This document shows, piece after piece, positions 39,001-48,521 of a stretch of 64,000 bases of DNA (position 1 is its first letter; each line of letters begins with the position of its first letter). Source of the stretch: a virus; the IMG/VR virus record IMGVR_UViG_3300048694_001252, positions 32,001 through 96,000 of that record. The stretch is one strand, 5' to 3'. The notes under the pieces were generated by a model. It was not told the DNA's origin. It worked only from the letters and a program-made list of their open reading frames with translations, and did not search any database. Position numbers and translations under genes: made by a program.

Positions 39001-41568
39001 GCCAGGACCTCCTCCACCTCCATCATTGAAGGCACCAACGCCGCCTGTGATCACAACGTCTCCACCAGAAGTGGTATAGTAGTCGCCTAGATCTGCTGAT
39101 CCAGCTGTGATAGCTATGTTGTATCCATCAACCGCACCTGTAGCAGACACTGTGGAAACGGTTGTATTACCCGACACAGTGACATTGCCAGTGGTATCAA
39201 ACGTCCATACTGCTGTGTTGGCGGCCAGTTCAATGTTGCCTGTTCCGCCTTGGAACGTGACATTGCCTGCGGTATCAAATGTCCAGGCATACGATCCAGC
39301 AATGACTTCTACATTGGGGTTGGTGCCTACAAACGCACCTGCACTCACATTACCTGTGGTCACCACATTGCCCGGAGCAAACAACTGGCCATTGGTATCA
39401 AAGTTCCAAAGATTGCTGTTGCTGACCAGTTGCATATTGCCACTGGCGCCCAAGTTACCTGTGCTGTCAAATGTCCAACCATACACATTGCCTGCATTGC
39501 CCACATTGGTTTGGATGACCACATTGGCATTAGCATACGTATAAGTGTCAACTCCATTTTCCATGCTGACACCATTGACATCACTTTGTATGTTGGCTGT
39601 AACAGTGAGTCCAGTGTTGCTGTAGGCCCAAAAAGCCTGATTGGTGTCTAAAATGATATTGCCGGGTGCTGTAAGATTGCCAGTATTGTCAAAGGTCCAA
39701 ATATATACATTGGCCACCAGTTCAATATTGGCCTGATCGCCTACAAATGTGTTGGCTGTGATATTACCTGTGGTTGATATCACATTTGATCCAAAGTTGG
39801 CCATGAGTGTGACCACGTTGGAGTCACCGTAATTACTGATTACGCCATCTAGAATACTGACACCATTGGCATAGTTGATGTTTGATGTGTTACTGGGTAG
39901 ATCTATATTGCCATTGCTTCGGAAGGAGTATGATCCTGTGCCCACATTGAGAACAACACCACTACCGCTGGTGCTGTAGATTTGAACAGGTTGACTGCTT
40001 TGATTCAGTACTGATGGAAAAGTCATACCGGCATTGCTTTCAATGCCGGGATCAATGCGTATACCTTCATTGCCTAGACCACTATTGGGGGCACCTAAAT
40101 TGCCATTGAATTCACCGATGGTCCATTCACCGTCCAACCATGATATTAAATTACCCAATCCGTATTGAATGACGTTGCTAGCAGCCATCGGGGTATTGGT
40201 CATCGTGATACTGGCAAATGTATTACCGCCACCACCATAGGGATTACCATTGGCATAGTTGATACTGCTGGTGTCTGAGGGCAGGGTAATATTGCCATTG
40301 TTTTCAAAACGCCATTGGCTAGCACCAGCATTGACCAGCACATTGCCGTAAAAACCTAGACCACCGGTGCTGATACCGCCACCAATGGTGACATTACCCC
40401 CGGGACCATCCCCACCATAACCTCCGGTCATTGTGATGGCTCCACCAGAACCACCGCCTCCATAACCGCCTAAGATCTCAACATAACCACCCGAGCCACC
40501 GCCACTGTCCCCACCTTTGAGGTATAGATATCCAGCTGTGCCTGCACTTTGTACATCCCCGGCTTCTACACGAATATATCCGCCTGAACCGTTGCCGGGT
40601 CCATATCCGCCGCGTATCTTGACGTCACCGCCATTGCCGTCTGTATCGCCACCGCGACCGGCCCAGAGATAGATATCGCCACCTTCTCCGCCAGTACCGT
40701 CGGCACCTTTGCCAGGATTGATTACCAAACGTTGTGAGTTTATGTTTGTATTTGCATCGCCATTGGCCGTGGTTATTACAGACTCGTAGTTGTTGTCTGT
40801 CAACGACAACGTGTAACCATACACTGTACCACTGGATATATCTCCACGAGTCGTGTATTGCAATGGAGCAAGAAGTTGACCATTGTTGTCAAAGGTCCAT
40901 GTGGCCGCGGTCACCCCAGTATTGTTGCCAGTTTGTAACGCTAGGTTACCATAGAGATTGAACAGCGTGGTCGTGTTGTTGATTGCACCATTAGTGGGCA
41001 GAATCAAGGCCGCAGTGGGGCCAGACAACAGATCACCGTTTGTGACGGAACCGCCATTGATGTTGTATTGTGTGTTGCCTATAAATGCCCAGTTACCAAG
41101 ATCAGCATTGCCACCCGCTACGTTACTCCAATAGGTGTTACCTACACCATCCGTGGTCAAGACCTGACCTGCAACGCCCGCCAGACCGGTGTAGCGTACA
41201 TTGCCTACCTGAACTACCTGACTGGTGATACCCGTCGTGTTGAGATAGCGTATCCAGGCACTGTCATACCAGAACGCAGGGGTACCTAGATCATACACAC
41301 TGTCCGACAAGGGTCGCATGTGCTGTGTGAGCGCCGTGGTCTGCATCTGTATGTTGCCTAGACCATTGCCCGCGATCACGAGATCTAGATCGGTCTGGGT
41401 AGTTGACACCCAGTTGTTGGTGATCGTCACATTGGTGTTGACCGGACCTGCTGCCCACACGTTGGCAAAGTTGTTGTTGACGTTGTCAAAGGCCTCACGC
41501 AGGCCTTCACCGGTACCGTTGTTGGGTGCCGAACCTAGATTGATTACCTGCTGGGGGGTATTGCTCAT
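36040..41568 (-). CDS. Large tail fibre/baseplate-attached protein (1842 aa)
   Basis: N-terminus paralogous to 19707-27083; WTFDNTGNLT repeats, a Gly-rich GG.V.I.GG segment and GNITGGN repeats. Confidence 0.8.
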   Translation of the reverse strand: MSNTPQQVINLGSAPNNGTGEGLREAFDNVNNNFANVWAAGPVNTNVTITNNWVSTTQTDLDLVIAGNGLGNIQMQTTALTQHMRPLSDSVYDLGTPAFWYDSAWIRYLNTTGITSQVVQVGNVRYTGLAGVAGQVLTTDGVGNTYWSNVAGGNADLGNWAFIGNTQYNINGGSVTNGDLLSGPTAALILPTNGAINNTTTLFNLYGNLALQTGNNTGVTAATWTFDNNGQLLAPLQYTTRGDISSGTVYGYTLSLTDNNYESVITTANGDANTNINSQRLVINPGKGADGTGGEGGDIYLWAGRGGDTDGNGGDVKIRGGYGPGNGSGGYIRVEAGDVQSAGTAGYLYLKGGDSGGGSGGYVEILGGYGGGGSGGAITMTGGYGGDGPGGNVTIGGGISTGGLGFYGNVLVNAGASQWRFENNGNITLPSDTSSINYANGNPYGGGGNTFASITMTNTPMAASNVIQYGLGNLISWLDGEWTIGEFNGNLGAPNSGLGNEGIRIDPGIESNAGMTFPSVLNQSSQPVQIYSTSGSGVVLNVGTGSYSFRSNGNIDLPSNTSNINYANGVSILDGVISNYGDSNVVTLMANFGSNVISTTGNITANTFVGDQANIELVANVYIWTFDNTGNLTAPGNIILDTNQAFWAYSNTGLTVTANIQSDVNGVSMENGVDTYTYANANVVIQTNVGNAGNVYGWTFDSTGNLGASGNMQLVSNSNLWNFDTNGQLFAPGNVVTTGNVSAGAFVGTNPNVEVIAGSYAWTFDTAGNVTFQGGTGNIELAANTAVWTFDTTGNVTVSGNTTVSTVSATGAVDGYNIAITAGSADLGDYYTTSGGDVVITGGVGAFNDGGGGGPGGSIYLTTGNSADPAGHAGNVNITAGSNSWVFDYTGNLTIPGNVVQGNSKLSLNENGGNTAYLTSTVDDLTAIYMDANDIQIYANGNVSISAFTSHWTFDNTGALTAPGDITTTGNLSVYDATISGNINGSKNFDLDGNATIGGNLFVTGNINFTGNVTQISGNSGVFYGNISTGIGAIYAGKTGYTPLPNTVVQITGDDNSYTQVNLQNTNHGNVASMELAITADDGTDTTNYLDMGIASSVWDGTQDNSLGSAVQRRDGYLYVQGGAAGGNLVLGTTTAGYGIKFNAGGSGSANTVAQISNTGITTSGAISATGNVRGAYILGDGSLLSNIQVSGSAPVSTTGNVTGGNLVATGVVSASGNISANYFFGNGSQLTGLPAAYSNSNVTTLLAGFGSNTISTTGTVTAGNITGANILTGGAISATGTVTSAANVIGGNLSTAGQVNATGNITGANILTGGAISATGNVRGGNLLGVGISASGTVTATSLQVTGATTLSDVTATGNATIGTALTIYGSNNTITTQNGSAVQFGQRVNFNSTNGIFVTGNVNAQSNLIVSGFSVTSGNASVTGNVISGNVTTTGLISATGNITGGNILGGANVNATTYTGTTVSVSANITGGNLLTAGLISATGNITAANLGNISSINLNGNASTVLYGNGVFAAVAAGSSYGNSNVTTLLAAYGSNTISTTGTVNAGNITGGNVLTGGLISASSNITGGNILTAGIMSSTGNATHGNILTGGLITATGNIIGGNISTAGTASVTGNLNVGSNATATLQHSLLSGIQLAPAANAITANAAVSIGGSGSNYLALGQYPVGSTLNGVSTAYAQWIQSGYSQNATYYPIVLNPLGGNVQLGGNIIAPGAVLGNSATVTTANYAIGYRDLPQISFAGNATIAAADAGKHYYSTLSTGNTLTIANNSSVSWTVGTAISIVNRGTGNITIAQDTGVSLYLAGNATAGNRTVTTYGMATLLNVAANVWMINGTGVS

Positions 41569-41592
41569 ATTTTCCGTATCCTATAAGGATAT

Positions 41593-42366
41593 TTATGGGC
41601 TGTACCTATCTCCCCGGCCACCACCGCGGCGCGCACAATGATCACCGTGCCGGTGATACCAGCCACGAGCAATATCGCGATCACAGTGCGGGCAATGTAT
41701 CTTGACTCGTTTTTGGCCACGTTGCTTGGCTACTCTGCGTTCTACTACTTCTGGGTCTACTTTACGCCCCAACATCGCTTTTCTGAGTTTTTGTTTTTGT
41801 TCATCACTCATTGGAATACCTTTGTTGTGGGCTTGTTGTTTGCCTTTTTTGGCTTCGCTTATCTTACGGCGAGTTTCCTCTGATACCGCTTTACCATAAC
41901 GTCCATTTTTTTCTCCCTTGTGAGCTTCAGAGTTTTTGCGTCTATGATCTTCTGTTGCTATTTTGCCCTTATTCTTTCCAACATTTGATTGTCTAATTTT
42001 TTCAATTTGTTCTTTAGACTTAGGTTTACCTTTGTGAAACTCACTGATCTTACGACGACTCTCTTTAGTAGGTACAATATATCCCGCGACATTCTGATTG
42101 ATCCAACGATCATCTTCTAGCACGCGGCAGCGCCGTAACACTCTGGTTTCCCATGCTACTGCTTGTTCTCGAGTTTCAAACACCCGGCGTATCTCTACAT
42201 CAAAACTATCGCGGCCGGTCTCTTCAATCAACCGTTGTACTTTGGGACTGCTGGTAAAGTATTGGTGCCAGAGATCTTGCTCTGGTGGTAATTTGTTGGC
42301 ACTGCGTACCCCGTAATATACACGATTGGTAGGACGATGTCGGATTAGATATGTATAAGGTTTCAT
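41593..42366 (-). mobile_element. Free-standing GIY-YIG homing endonuclease with NUMOD3-type repeats (Seg-like)
   Basis: PYTYLI...YYGVR, YFTSS, conserved E and N; repeated SEETRRKISEA-type motifs; AT-rich 3' half; located between the capsid and fibre genes. Confidence 0.8.
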
Positions 42367-42403
42367 ATTGTTATTTAGTTAGAGAGTGCGATTTCACCTA
42401 TCT

Positions 42404-42432
42404 AACATAACATTCTTAGGAGAAATAGTCAA
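42404..42432 (-). promoter_or_regulatory. sigma70-like promoter for the endonuclease, plus late TAAATA at 42372-42377
   Basis: TTGACT-17 nt-TATGTT with a TG extension. Confidence 0.5.
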
Positions 42433-42433
42433 C

Positions 42434-42456
42434 AAAAAACCCACCGAAGTGGGTTT
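42434..42456 (-). terminator. Intrinsic terminator after major capsid gene
   Basis: AAACCCAC-UUCG-GUGGGUUU followed by a U-run on the minus strand. Confidence 0.9.
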
Positions 42457-42483
42457 CTTGTTTTGTTGCGTCGACCAACTGGA

Positions 42484-43680
42484 TTAGCTGAAGGACAAAT
42501 TGCTCACGGCAATTTCCCCTACGTAGTCGCCAGCATTGCCGAAGCTGCTTGCGGTGTTTGTCAACTCGATGTAGCCATATCTCGTCATAAAGCTCACGAC
42601 CGGTTCAAACGTGGTCGGATCCAGCACCACGCCTGAGCTCATCAAGGGGATGTAGGGGCAGTAGAACGCCGGGGCGTCTGCTTCCGAACTTCCCTTGTAG
42701 CCAACCAGCACCGGGGTGGTGTCAGCAGCGTAGCTGTCAACAAACACGCGCATGCTGCCGTTCAGGGTGCCCACAAACTTGGTGTTGGTGGGAGCCTCAA
42801 ACGTGCCTTCGGTGGTGCGAGCAAAAGCCGAAGTGGTAGCTGATTGCAGCACAGTGAGTGCAGCCGAGCTAACAACGGCATAGTTACCAGCGCCACGACG
42901 TGTGCGTTGAGCGATCAGGTTTGCCACACGATTGATCAGCACTGCCAGAGCAGCGTGTTCGTCACCCACGAACGTAGCAGTACCCGAAACGGTAGCTTGG
43001 TTGTAAGTAAACTCAGTCGAAGCCAGGCTGCGCAGGCTCAACAGGATCTCTTGGTCGATTTCAGCCGTGATTTCCTGAGCCAGTGCTGCCATGATTTCAG
43101 CTTCAACGTCGATGCCGTGCATGGCCTGTGCATCTTGTGCCGATTCAAACGTCCAACGAGCCTGCAGTTTGCGGGTCTTGGCTTCAACCGCTTGCTTCAG
43201 GATCTGAACGCTGATCTGTTTACCGCCAGTGCCTTCCATGGTAGCTGTGTTGCCACCGGTGTAGTTGGCCGTGCTGGTGGTATCTTTGGGCACAGTTGAG
43301 TATGCCACAGCGATCGTGAACGGGCTCAGTGCTTCTTGACCCGCGGTCACGCTGGTAGCAGCGGCCGAAGTATCAGTCAAGCTCTGTGCATAACGCACAC
43401 GCAGAGTGTGGATCTGACCCACAGGACCGGTCATGGGCTGTACACCAACCAGCTCATTGGCGATAACCGTAGGCATCACACGTCGGATCACCGGCAGAAT
43501 CACGCGATTCAGCGTAGCGATGTTGCCCGCAGCGGTTGAACCGCTCGAGGCATTTTCTTTCAGGTAGCGTCGGGTGTTTTCAAGAATCACCTTCATGCTA
43601 TTGCGTCGAGTACCTTGGAGTCCTTCCAACAGGGCCTCTTTGGTTTCTTCCCAACGGCTTTCAAGTAGTTGCTCTGACAT
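42484..43680 (-). CDS. gp23: Major capsid protein (T4 gp23-like)
   Basis: RRVMPTVIANELVGVQPMTGPVG, KTRKLQARWTFESAQD, EITAEIDQE, FYCPYIPL, FMTRYG. Confidence 0.96.
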   Translation of the reverse strand: MSEQLLESRWEETKEALLEGLQGTRRNSMKVILENTRRYLKENASSGSTAAGNIATLNRVILPVIRRVMPTVIANELVGVQPMTGPVGQIHTLRVRYAQSLTDTSAAATSVTAGQEALSPFTIAVAYSTVPKDTTSTANYTGGNTATMEGTGGKQISVQILKQAVEAKTRKLQARWTFESAQDAQAMHGIDVEAEIMAALAQEITAEIDQEILLSLRSLASTEFTYNQATVSGTATFVGDEHAALAVLINRVANLIAQRTRRGAGNYAVVSSAALTVLQSATTSAFARTTEGTFEAPTNTKFVGTLNGSMRVFVDSYAADTTPVLVGYKGSSEADAPAFYCPYIPLMSSGVVLDPTTFEPVVSFMTRYGYIELTNTASSFGNAGDYVGEIAVSNLSFS

Positions 43681-43699
43681 TTCTGTCTCTCCTTTGTTA

Positions 43700-44791
43700 T
43701 TACAGCCCTGCCAGACGCTTGAGTTCGATCACGTTGTTATCTGTGTCTTGCTCCTGCGACTCCGGCAATTGTTTATCACCAGTCACTGCCGTGACCGATT
43801 CAGCCACGACCTTGCGAGTTGTGGTTTTACGGTCTTCCAGCACTGCCGGTAGATACTTTTCAAATGCGCCTTTCAACCGCGAGGTCTGGACGCTTTCCAA
43901 CAGACCGCGCATGACTTCGGCCTTGTCCCGGTTCAGGGGTGCAAGTAGTTCGGTCATGGTCTGTGCACGTTCGTTGTTTTCACGGATCATGCTCAGTTCA
44001 CGGTTTTTGCTCTCAACAAGCACGCGAGCGCGTTCGCTGAGTTCAATCGCTTCACGCAGTTTGTGATCCTTGTCCACCACCAGCTGATTCAAGCGACGCA
44101 TCTCGGCCTTTTCGTTGAGATGTGTGGCGCCAAATTCTGCTGCATAGGCTTCAAAAATCCTGCGTCCAAAACTGTTCTCGCGAGCAATTTGGATATCTTC
44201 CTGCAGTTGTGACAGTTCGCTACGTAGATGCTGGCTCACAGCCTGGCTCATCTTGGCCGCGCTTTCTTTAACAAAGCGGGTCTTGAGTGCCTCTAGTTTG
44301 CCTCGTGCTTCGCGGACCAAACGCACTTTGGTTTCCACCACATCGCGTTTGTCCTGAGCAAACTCTGTGATCTCACGTGCCAGTGCAGCCACTATGAAGT
44401 TTTCTAGTTTGACCAGACCTTCATTGTGGATCTTGCGATCACGGCGCAGTTCGGTGATTTCTTCTGCCAATTTCTTGGTAAGGAAGCCATTGAACTTTGT
44501 GGCCGATTCCTGCATTTTGCGCTGGAAGCGCACTCGATCTTCGGCCAAGCGGGTTTTTTCTTCCACCTGGGCCTGGATCTCTGCGGTGAGACCTTCTGTT
44601 ACCATGCGATCTAGGGCTTCTACCATCACAGTCTTGTCATGCTCATAGCGTTGTGCGAATTCCTCGCGGAGTTCCACACGTACTTGTTCACGGGTCTCAT
44701 TGAGCTTGGTTTCCCAGGCTTCATTGATCTCCTTTCCCATTTCTTCGGTGATCAAGTTGCTGTCAAGCAATGGTTTCAGTTGCTCAAACAT
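43700..44791 (-). CDS. gp22: Prohead core scaffold protein (gp22-like)
   Basis: Coiled-coil protein located between the protease and capsid genes. Confidence 0.8.
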   Translation of the reverse strand: MFEQLKPLLDSNLITEEMGKEINEAWETKLNETREQVRVELREEFAQRYEHDKTVMVEALDRMVTEGLTAEIQAQVEEKTRLAEDRVRFQRKMQESATKFNGFLTKKLAEEITELRRDRKIHNEGLVKLENFIVAALAREITEFAQDKRDVVETKVRLVREARGKLEALKTRFVKESAAKMSQAVSQHLRSELSQLQEDIQIARENSFGRRIFEAYAAEFGATHLNEKAEMRRLNQLVVDKDHKLREAIELSERARVLVESKNRELSMIRENNERAQTMTELLAPLNRDKAEVMRGLLESVQTSRLKGAFEKYLPAVLEDRKTTTRKVVAESVTAVTGDKQLPESQEQDTDNNVIELKRLAGL

Positions 44792-44804
44792 GCTTGGTTT
44801 CTCC

Positions 44805-45449
44805 TTAGATTTTGAGATCCCGGATCAGGCGTTTGACTTCCTGAGCCAGATATCTCTGTACCTTGTCGCTTTCACCAGCTTCACGGGCCATTTCAATCAG
44901 CCTATGACCATTACGCATATTCATGAGACCTTCATAGATGGCCTGTGGATATGCGTTGGGTGCGCTGGGTTGTGCGACTACATCAATAGTGACGATTTCA
45001 AAGTCACTAACATGTCCTGTATGGTCGTCAACGTTGCCGCTACCGCGGCTGCTGACGCCCAGTTTGACTCCGCTTTGCAGCAGAGTCGTGATCAGTTGTC
45101 CCATGGGCGTGGGTAGGATCTTGAGCTTGCCGCAACCGGCATGCCCGTCCATCCACATTTCTTGCACATCATGACACACACGATCCAGATTGATCTTGAG
45201 ATCATCGGGGTGGTCTACCTCGCCCAGTACTGAATTGCCATTACGGATCTGCTCGTTGATGGTGTTTACGGCCTTGGTAATCTCATGACGCGGATATATG
45301 CGATCATTGGCGTTTCTTTTGTCGCCTTCGATACAGATGCCCTTGAGATAGAGATTCTTACCTCCCTTGCCGGTAGCATCGTCCTCGGTTATGACTTCGA
45401 TACGTGCCTGATTGAAGGTAAGATTTTCTCTGAGATAACGTGGTGTCAT
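44805..45449 (-). CDS. gp21: Prohead protease (gp21-like)
   Basis: NDRIYP, LGEVDHP, ILPTPMG, GVSSRGSG, DVVAQPSAPNAY. Confidence 0.93.
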   Translation of the reverse strand: MTPRYLRENLTFNQARIEVITEDDATGKGGKNLYLKGICIEGDKRNANDRIYPRHEITKAVNTINEQIRNGNSVLGEVDHPDDLKINLDRVCHDVQEMWMDGHAGCGKLKILPTPMGQLITTLLQSGVKLGVSSRGSGNVDDHTGHVSDFEIVTIDVVAQPSAPNAYPQAIYEGLMNMRNGHRLIEMAREAGESDKVQRYLAQEVKRLIRDLKI

Positions 45450-45455
45450 CTGGTG

Positions 45456-46388
45456 TTAGCCCCGGCGACCCGGTAGCGGGCTCTTGGTGTTGACACCTGT
45501 GGCCTGGGCCAAGTGCGGCTTGGTAGCAGGTTTCTGACCCTTCATGTCTTTGCCCGGTTGGTTTTGCACGTCCGAGATCAGGTCTTTGGTGGTGTTTTTG
45601 TAGGCCGGGGTGTCATGCTTGCCTTCGGGGCTGTCACCGGTCACATGCACGGGCTTGCCCGCCATGCCAGTTTTGCCACTGTTGAAAGCTACAGGACCGG
45701 ACTTACCATCACCTTCTTCGCTGGTGGTAACTTTGGGTTTTACCTGCTTGAGGCTGATAGCTTCGGCCATGGGTTCCATTTCTGCGGTGTCGTCAGTGGC
45801 AATAGCATCGCCACCAATATCGGCCGGCATGTCATCACCATTGCCCATGTCATCGTGCTCGGCTTCTTCATGGCCCATGAGATCTTCAAACTCAGCCATG
45901 AGTTCATCCAGCTTGTCTTCTAGATTCATGATGTCGTCTTTGGTGGCCGGTTCGTCACCGCCCATGTCAGCGTCATCCATATCAGCATCATCCATATCAG
46001 CATCATCCATATCAGCATCATCCATATCGGCGTCGCTGTCTTCAACATCGGTCACTTCTGCTTCTTCGTCTTCGCCTTCCATGGTGTTGATGTCGCTTTC
46101 TTCGTCCATCTCCACATCATCAATCAGACCCTTGGCTGCGTCGCCGCCCATGGCAGATTCTTCGACTTCGTCATCGGCAGCTTCGTCTAGTTCTTCGGCA
46201 GATTCTTCAACTTCGTCGTCGGCAGCTTCGTCAAGATCTTTATCTTCTTCGCTGTCTTTGGCCTCTTCCTGCATGAGGTTTTCATAGATTTCGCGGCTCT
46301 TTTCTACCACGATTTCATGGAAAAGTTCGCGAGCTTTGGCTTCTTCATCATTGATCACATATTCGATCAACTGTTCAAATCGGTTCAT
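45456..46388 (-). CDS. Acidic prohead core/internal protein
   Basis: Very rich in D/E; located between the portal and protease genes; late TAAATA at 46421-46426. Confidence 0.65.
   Translation of the reverse strand: MNRFEQLIEYVINDEEAKARELFHEIVVEKSREIYENLMQEEAKDSEEDKDLDEAADDEVEESAEELDEAADDEVEESAMGGDAAKGLIDDVEMDEESDINTMEGEDEEAEVTDVEDSDADMDDADMDDADMDDADMDDADMGGDEPATKDDIMNLEDKLDELMAEFEDLMGHEEAEHDDMGNGDDMPADIGGDAIATDDTAEMEPMAEAISLKQVKPKVTTSEEGDGKSGPVAFNSGKTGMAGKPVHVTGDSPEGKHDTPAYKNTTKDLISDVQNQPGKDMKGQKPATKPHLAQATGVNTKSPLPGRRG
45962..46034 (-). repeat. 15-bp tandem repeat encoding (DADMD)n
   Basis: About five copies of GATGCTGATATGGAT. Confidence 0.85.
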
Positions 46389-46472
46389 GAGGGCTACTCC
46401 TTGTAGGTAAAGTGTAGTGTTATTTACAGCAATGCCTAAAAACCCGGTGTTTTAGGGGGTAAAAATAGTATT

Positions 46473-46694
46473 TTACAGACCGGGCGCGGCTGGTGGGGGT
46501 GCGTATTGCTTGCGAATTTCTTCTAGATCACGTTTGTATTCCACGGCGCGCACATCATTCATGCGACGTAGCTTGTTGAGTTGTCGCAGCGTGAGACGTG
46601 TTTTGCGCAGATCTTTTATGGTGATCTGGCTGTTGTCTTGGCTAAGATCTTGATAGGCCTGGGGCTCAGTGGCCCAAAATTCACGCAATATCAT
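46473..46694 (-). CDS. Small head-module protein (73 aa)
   Basis: RKTRLTLRQLNKLRRM; TAAATA 5 nt before ATG. Confidence 0.7.
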   Translation of the reverse strand: MILREFWATEPQAYQDLSQDNSQITIKDLRKTRLTLRQLNKLRRMNDVRAVEYKRDLEEIRKQYAPPPAAPGL

Positions 46695-46702
46695 GTTGGT
46701 AT

Positions 46703-48505
46703 TTATACTGCTGGTGGAGGTGTTGCCGGGGGTGTAGCAGCACCGGGCAAGGCACCACCCGGAGCAGCGGTGCCTGGGGCAGCGGTGCCAGGAGCACCCA
46801 GAGCACCAGGTTCACCCATGCCGGCCACGTCCTGAGCCATACCAATGTCACTTTCTATACCGCCCGGTGTGACTCCCACACTGCGTAGGTCCGAACCTGA
46901 TACCGGAGTAACTTCAGGCTTACTGCGTTCCTCATTCCACAACCGGGCATTTTCTTTGATCTCATCTTCGGAAAGCCCCAGGAAACGCTGCATCATGAAA
47001 CGCTTGCTCATGTAAGGAAGCTGTTCCATCTGCGTGAATGACGTGATACGTGCTGTGTCCAGTTCGCTCTGGCGATAGCTGGCAAAGTTTTGCGGGGCGC
47101 AGAACTTGATGTTGAACAGGCTGCTATCAATATTGAACCCGCGCCATTTCAAGAACATCTTGAATTCGTCATCTAGCTTTTGTACAATATGCTTCTGTAG
47201 GCGTTCGCAGTACTGATTGAATCGATATTCCTGTATCAGGGCTGTGCCCACTTTACCATCACTCATGACTCGATCACTATCATCGGGGCCGGTGGGCAAA
47301 TAGCTTGAAGGTACACGTAGACCGCGAGCCATCTTGTTGTTGAAGTACTTGAGGTCGTCAATCTCACCTAGATTTTGACCACCTTGCAGTGTGTCAACCG
47401 TGCTGCCACGACCTTCGGCTGTGACAGGGAAAAAGTAATCTTCGTTGATGCTGAGTGGATTGTAGCTGGCATCCATCATGTTGGCACCACCACCTGTGAC
47501 CGTGGGGATACGGCGCTGATGCATCTCGTTTTTCACGCGCTCCACAAACTGCATGGCCAGGTGCGATGGCATGTTGCCCACGTCAATCTTGAAGATCCTG
47601 CGTTCAGGAGCACGAGCCACGCGATATATCAAGACCGAATCTTCCAAAAGCTCTTTCTGCTTGAACACCTTGTAGATCTGCTCCAGCACCGAACGTCCAA
47701 AAGGCCAGAACACATCTAGACCCTCGTTGAGACTGATGTGTACCACATGTTTAGCGTCAATACAGGTCTCGTTCATGGCAGTCATGAAGCGGCTGTTGCC
47801 CACGCCGCCGCCTGCACCACCATTGGGCATGGTGTAATTGGCCGAACCTGATATGGTACCGGTCACAGGATTGGTCATGTAGTCTGTGGTGGTCTTCTGC
47901 GCTATGCTCAGGCTCTGGAAGTTGGGGTTGATATCTCGGATCACGTACTGTTCGGGACGTTTGCCTTCGGACTCGTTTACAATGATGCGCATGACCTTGC
48001 TCATGTCCACCCACATCATTTCAAATGTTTCAGGGTCACGTATGAACAACTGATCACCATACTTGATACCGTTCCTGAACAGTTTGAATATGCGTTCGTC
48101 CAGGCGGTTGATCTTGGTCCACTGCTGGAGTTGTTTGCGTATGATTGAAACTTCGTGTTCGGTGGGATCGTCTTTGTAATCGACCTCAAAGGGTGTGCTA
48201 TTGTCTTTGTTGGGTTGAGTACTGAATTCTGCTATGATGTCGAGACAGGCATTGATTTCCGAATCCATGTCCATGTTTTCGTACTGATTATATCGCTCGA
48301 TACGATTGGGGTGTCCCGAATACACTTCGGGCAAACGACTGGCATAATTCCGGAACTGGAAATCTGGTGGCATGCCGGGATAGCCACCATCATTGCGTGG
48401 ATAACCCGGTAGCCCAAATTGATTTTTGCCCGAGATCGGGCTCATCATGCCTGATGTGTCTGCTATCTTGAAATACTTGCGCCAGCCGCGTTTGTCTTGT
48501 GCCAT
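46703..48505 (-). CDS. gp20: Portal protein (gp20-like)
   Basis: LLEDSVLIYRVARAPERRIFKIDVGNMP, EDYFFP..EGRGSTVDTLQGG.NLGEIDD..YF. Confidence 0.95.
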   Translation of the reverse strand: MAQDKRGWRKYFKIADTSGMMSPISGKNQFGLPGYPRNDGGYPGMPPDFQFRNYASRLPEVYSGHPNRIERYNQYENMDMDSEINACLDIIAEFSTQPNKDNSTPFEVDYKDDPTEHEVSIIRKQLQQWTKINRLDERIFKLFRNGIKYGDQLFIRDPETFEMMWVDMSKVMRIIVNESEGKRPEQYVIRDINPNFQSLSIAQKTTTDYMTNPVTGTISGSANYTMPNGGAGGGVGNSRFMTAMNETCIDAKHVVHISLNEGLDVFWPFGRSVLEQIYKVFKQKELLEDSVLIYRVARAPERRIFKIDVGNMPSHLAMQFVERVKNEMHQRRIPTVTGGGANMMDASYNPLSINEDYFFPVTAEGRGSTVDTLQGGQNLGEIDDLKYFNNKMARGLRVPSSYLPTGPDDSDRVMSDGKVGTALIQEYRFNQYCERLQKHIVQKLDDEFKMFLKWRGFNIDSSLFNIKFCAPQNFASYRQSELDTARITSFTQMEQLPYMSKRFMMQRFLGLSEDEIKENARLWNEERSKPEVTPVSGSDLRSVGVTPGGIESDIGMAQDVAGMGEPGALGAPGTAAPGTAAPGGALPGAATPPATPPPAV

Positions 48506-48521
48506 AGTGGGGTATTTATTG

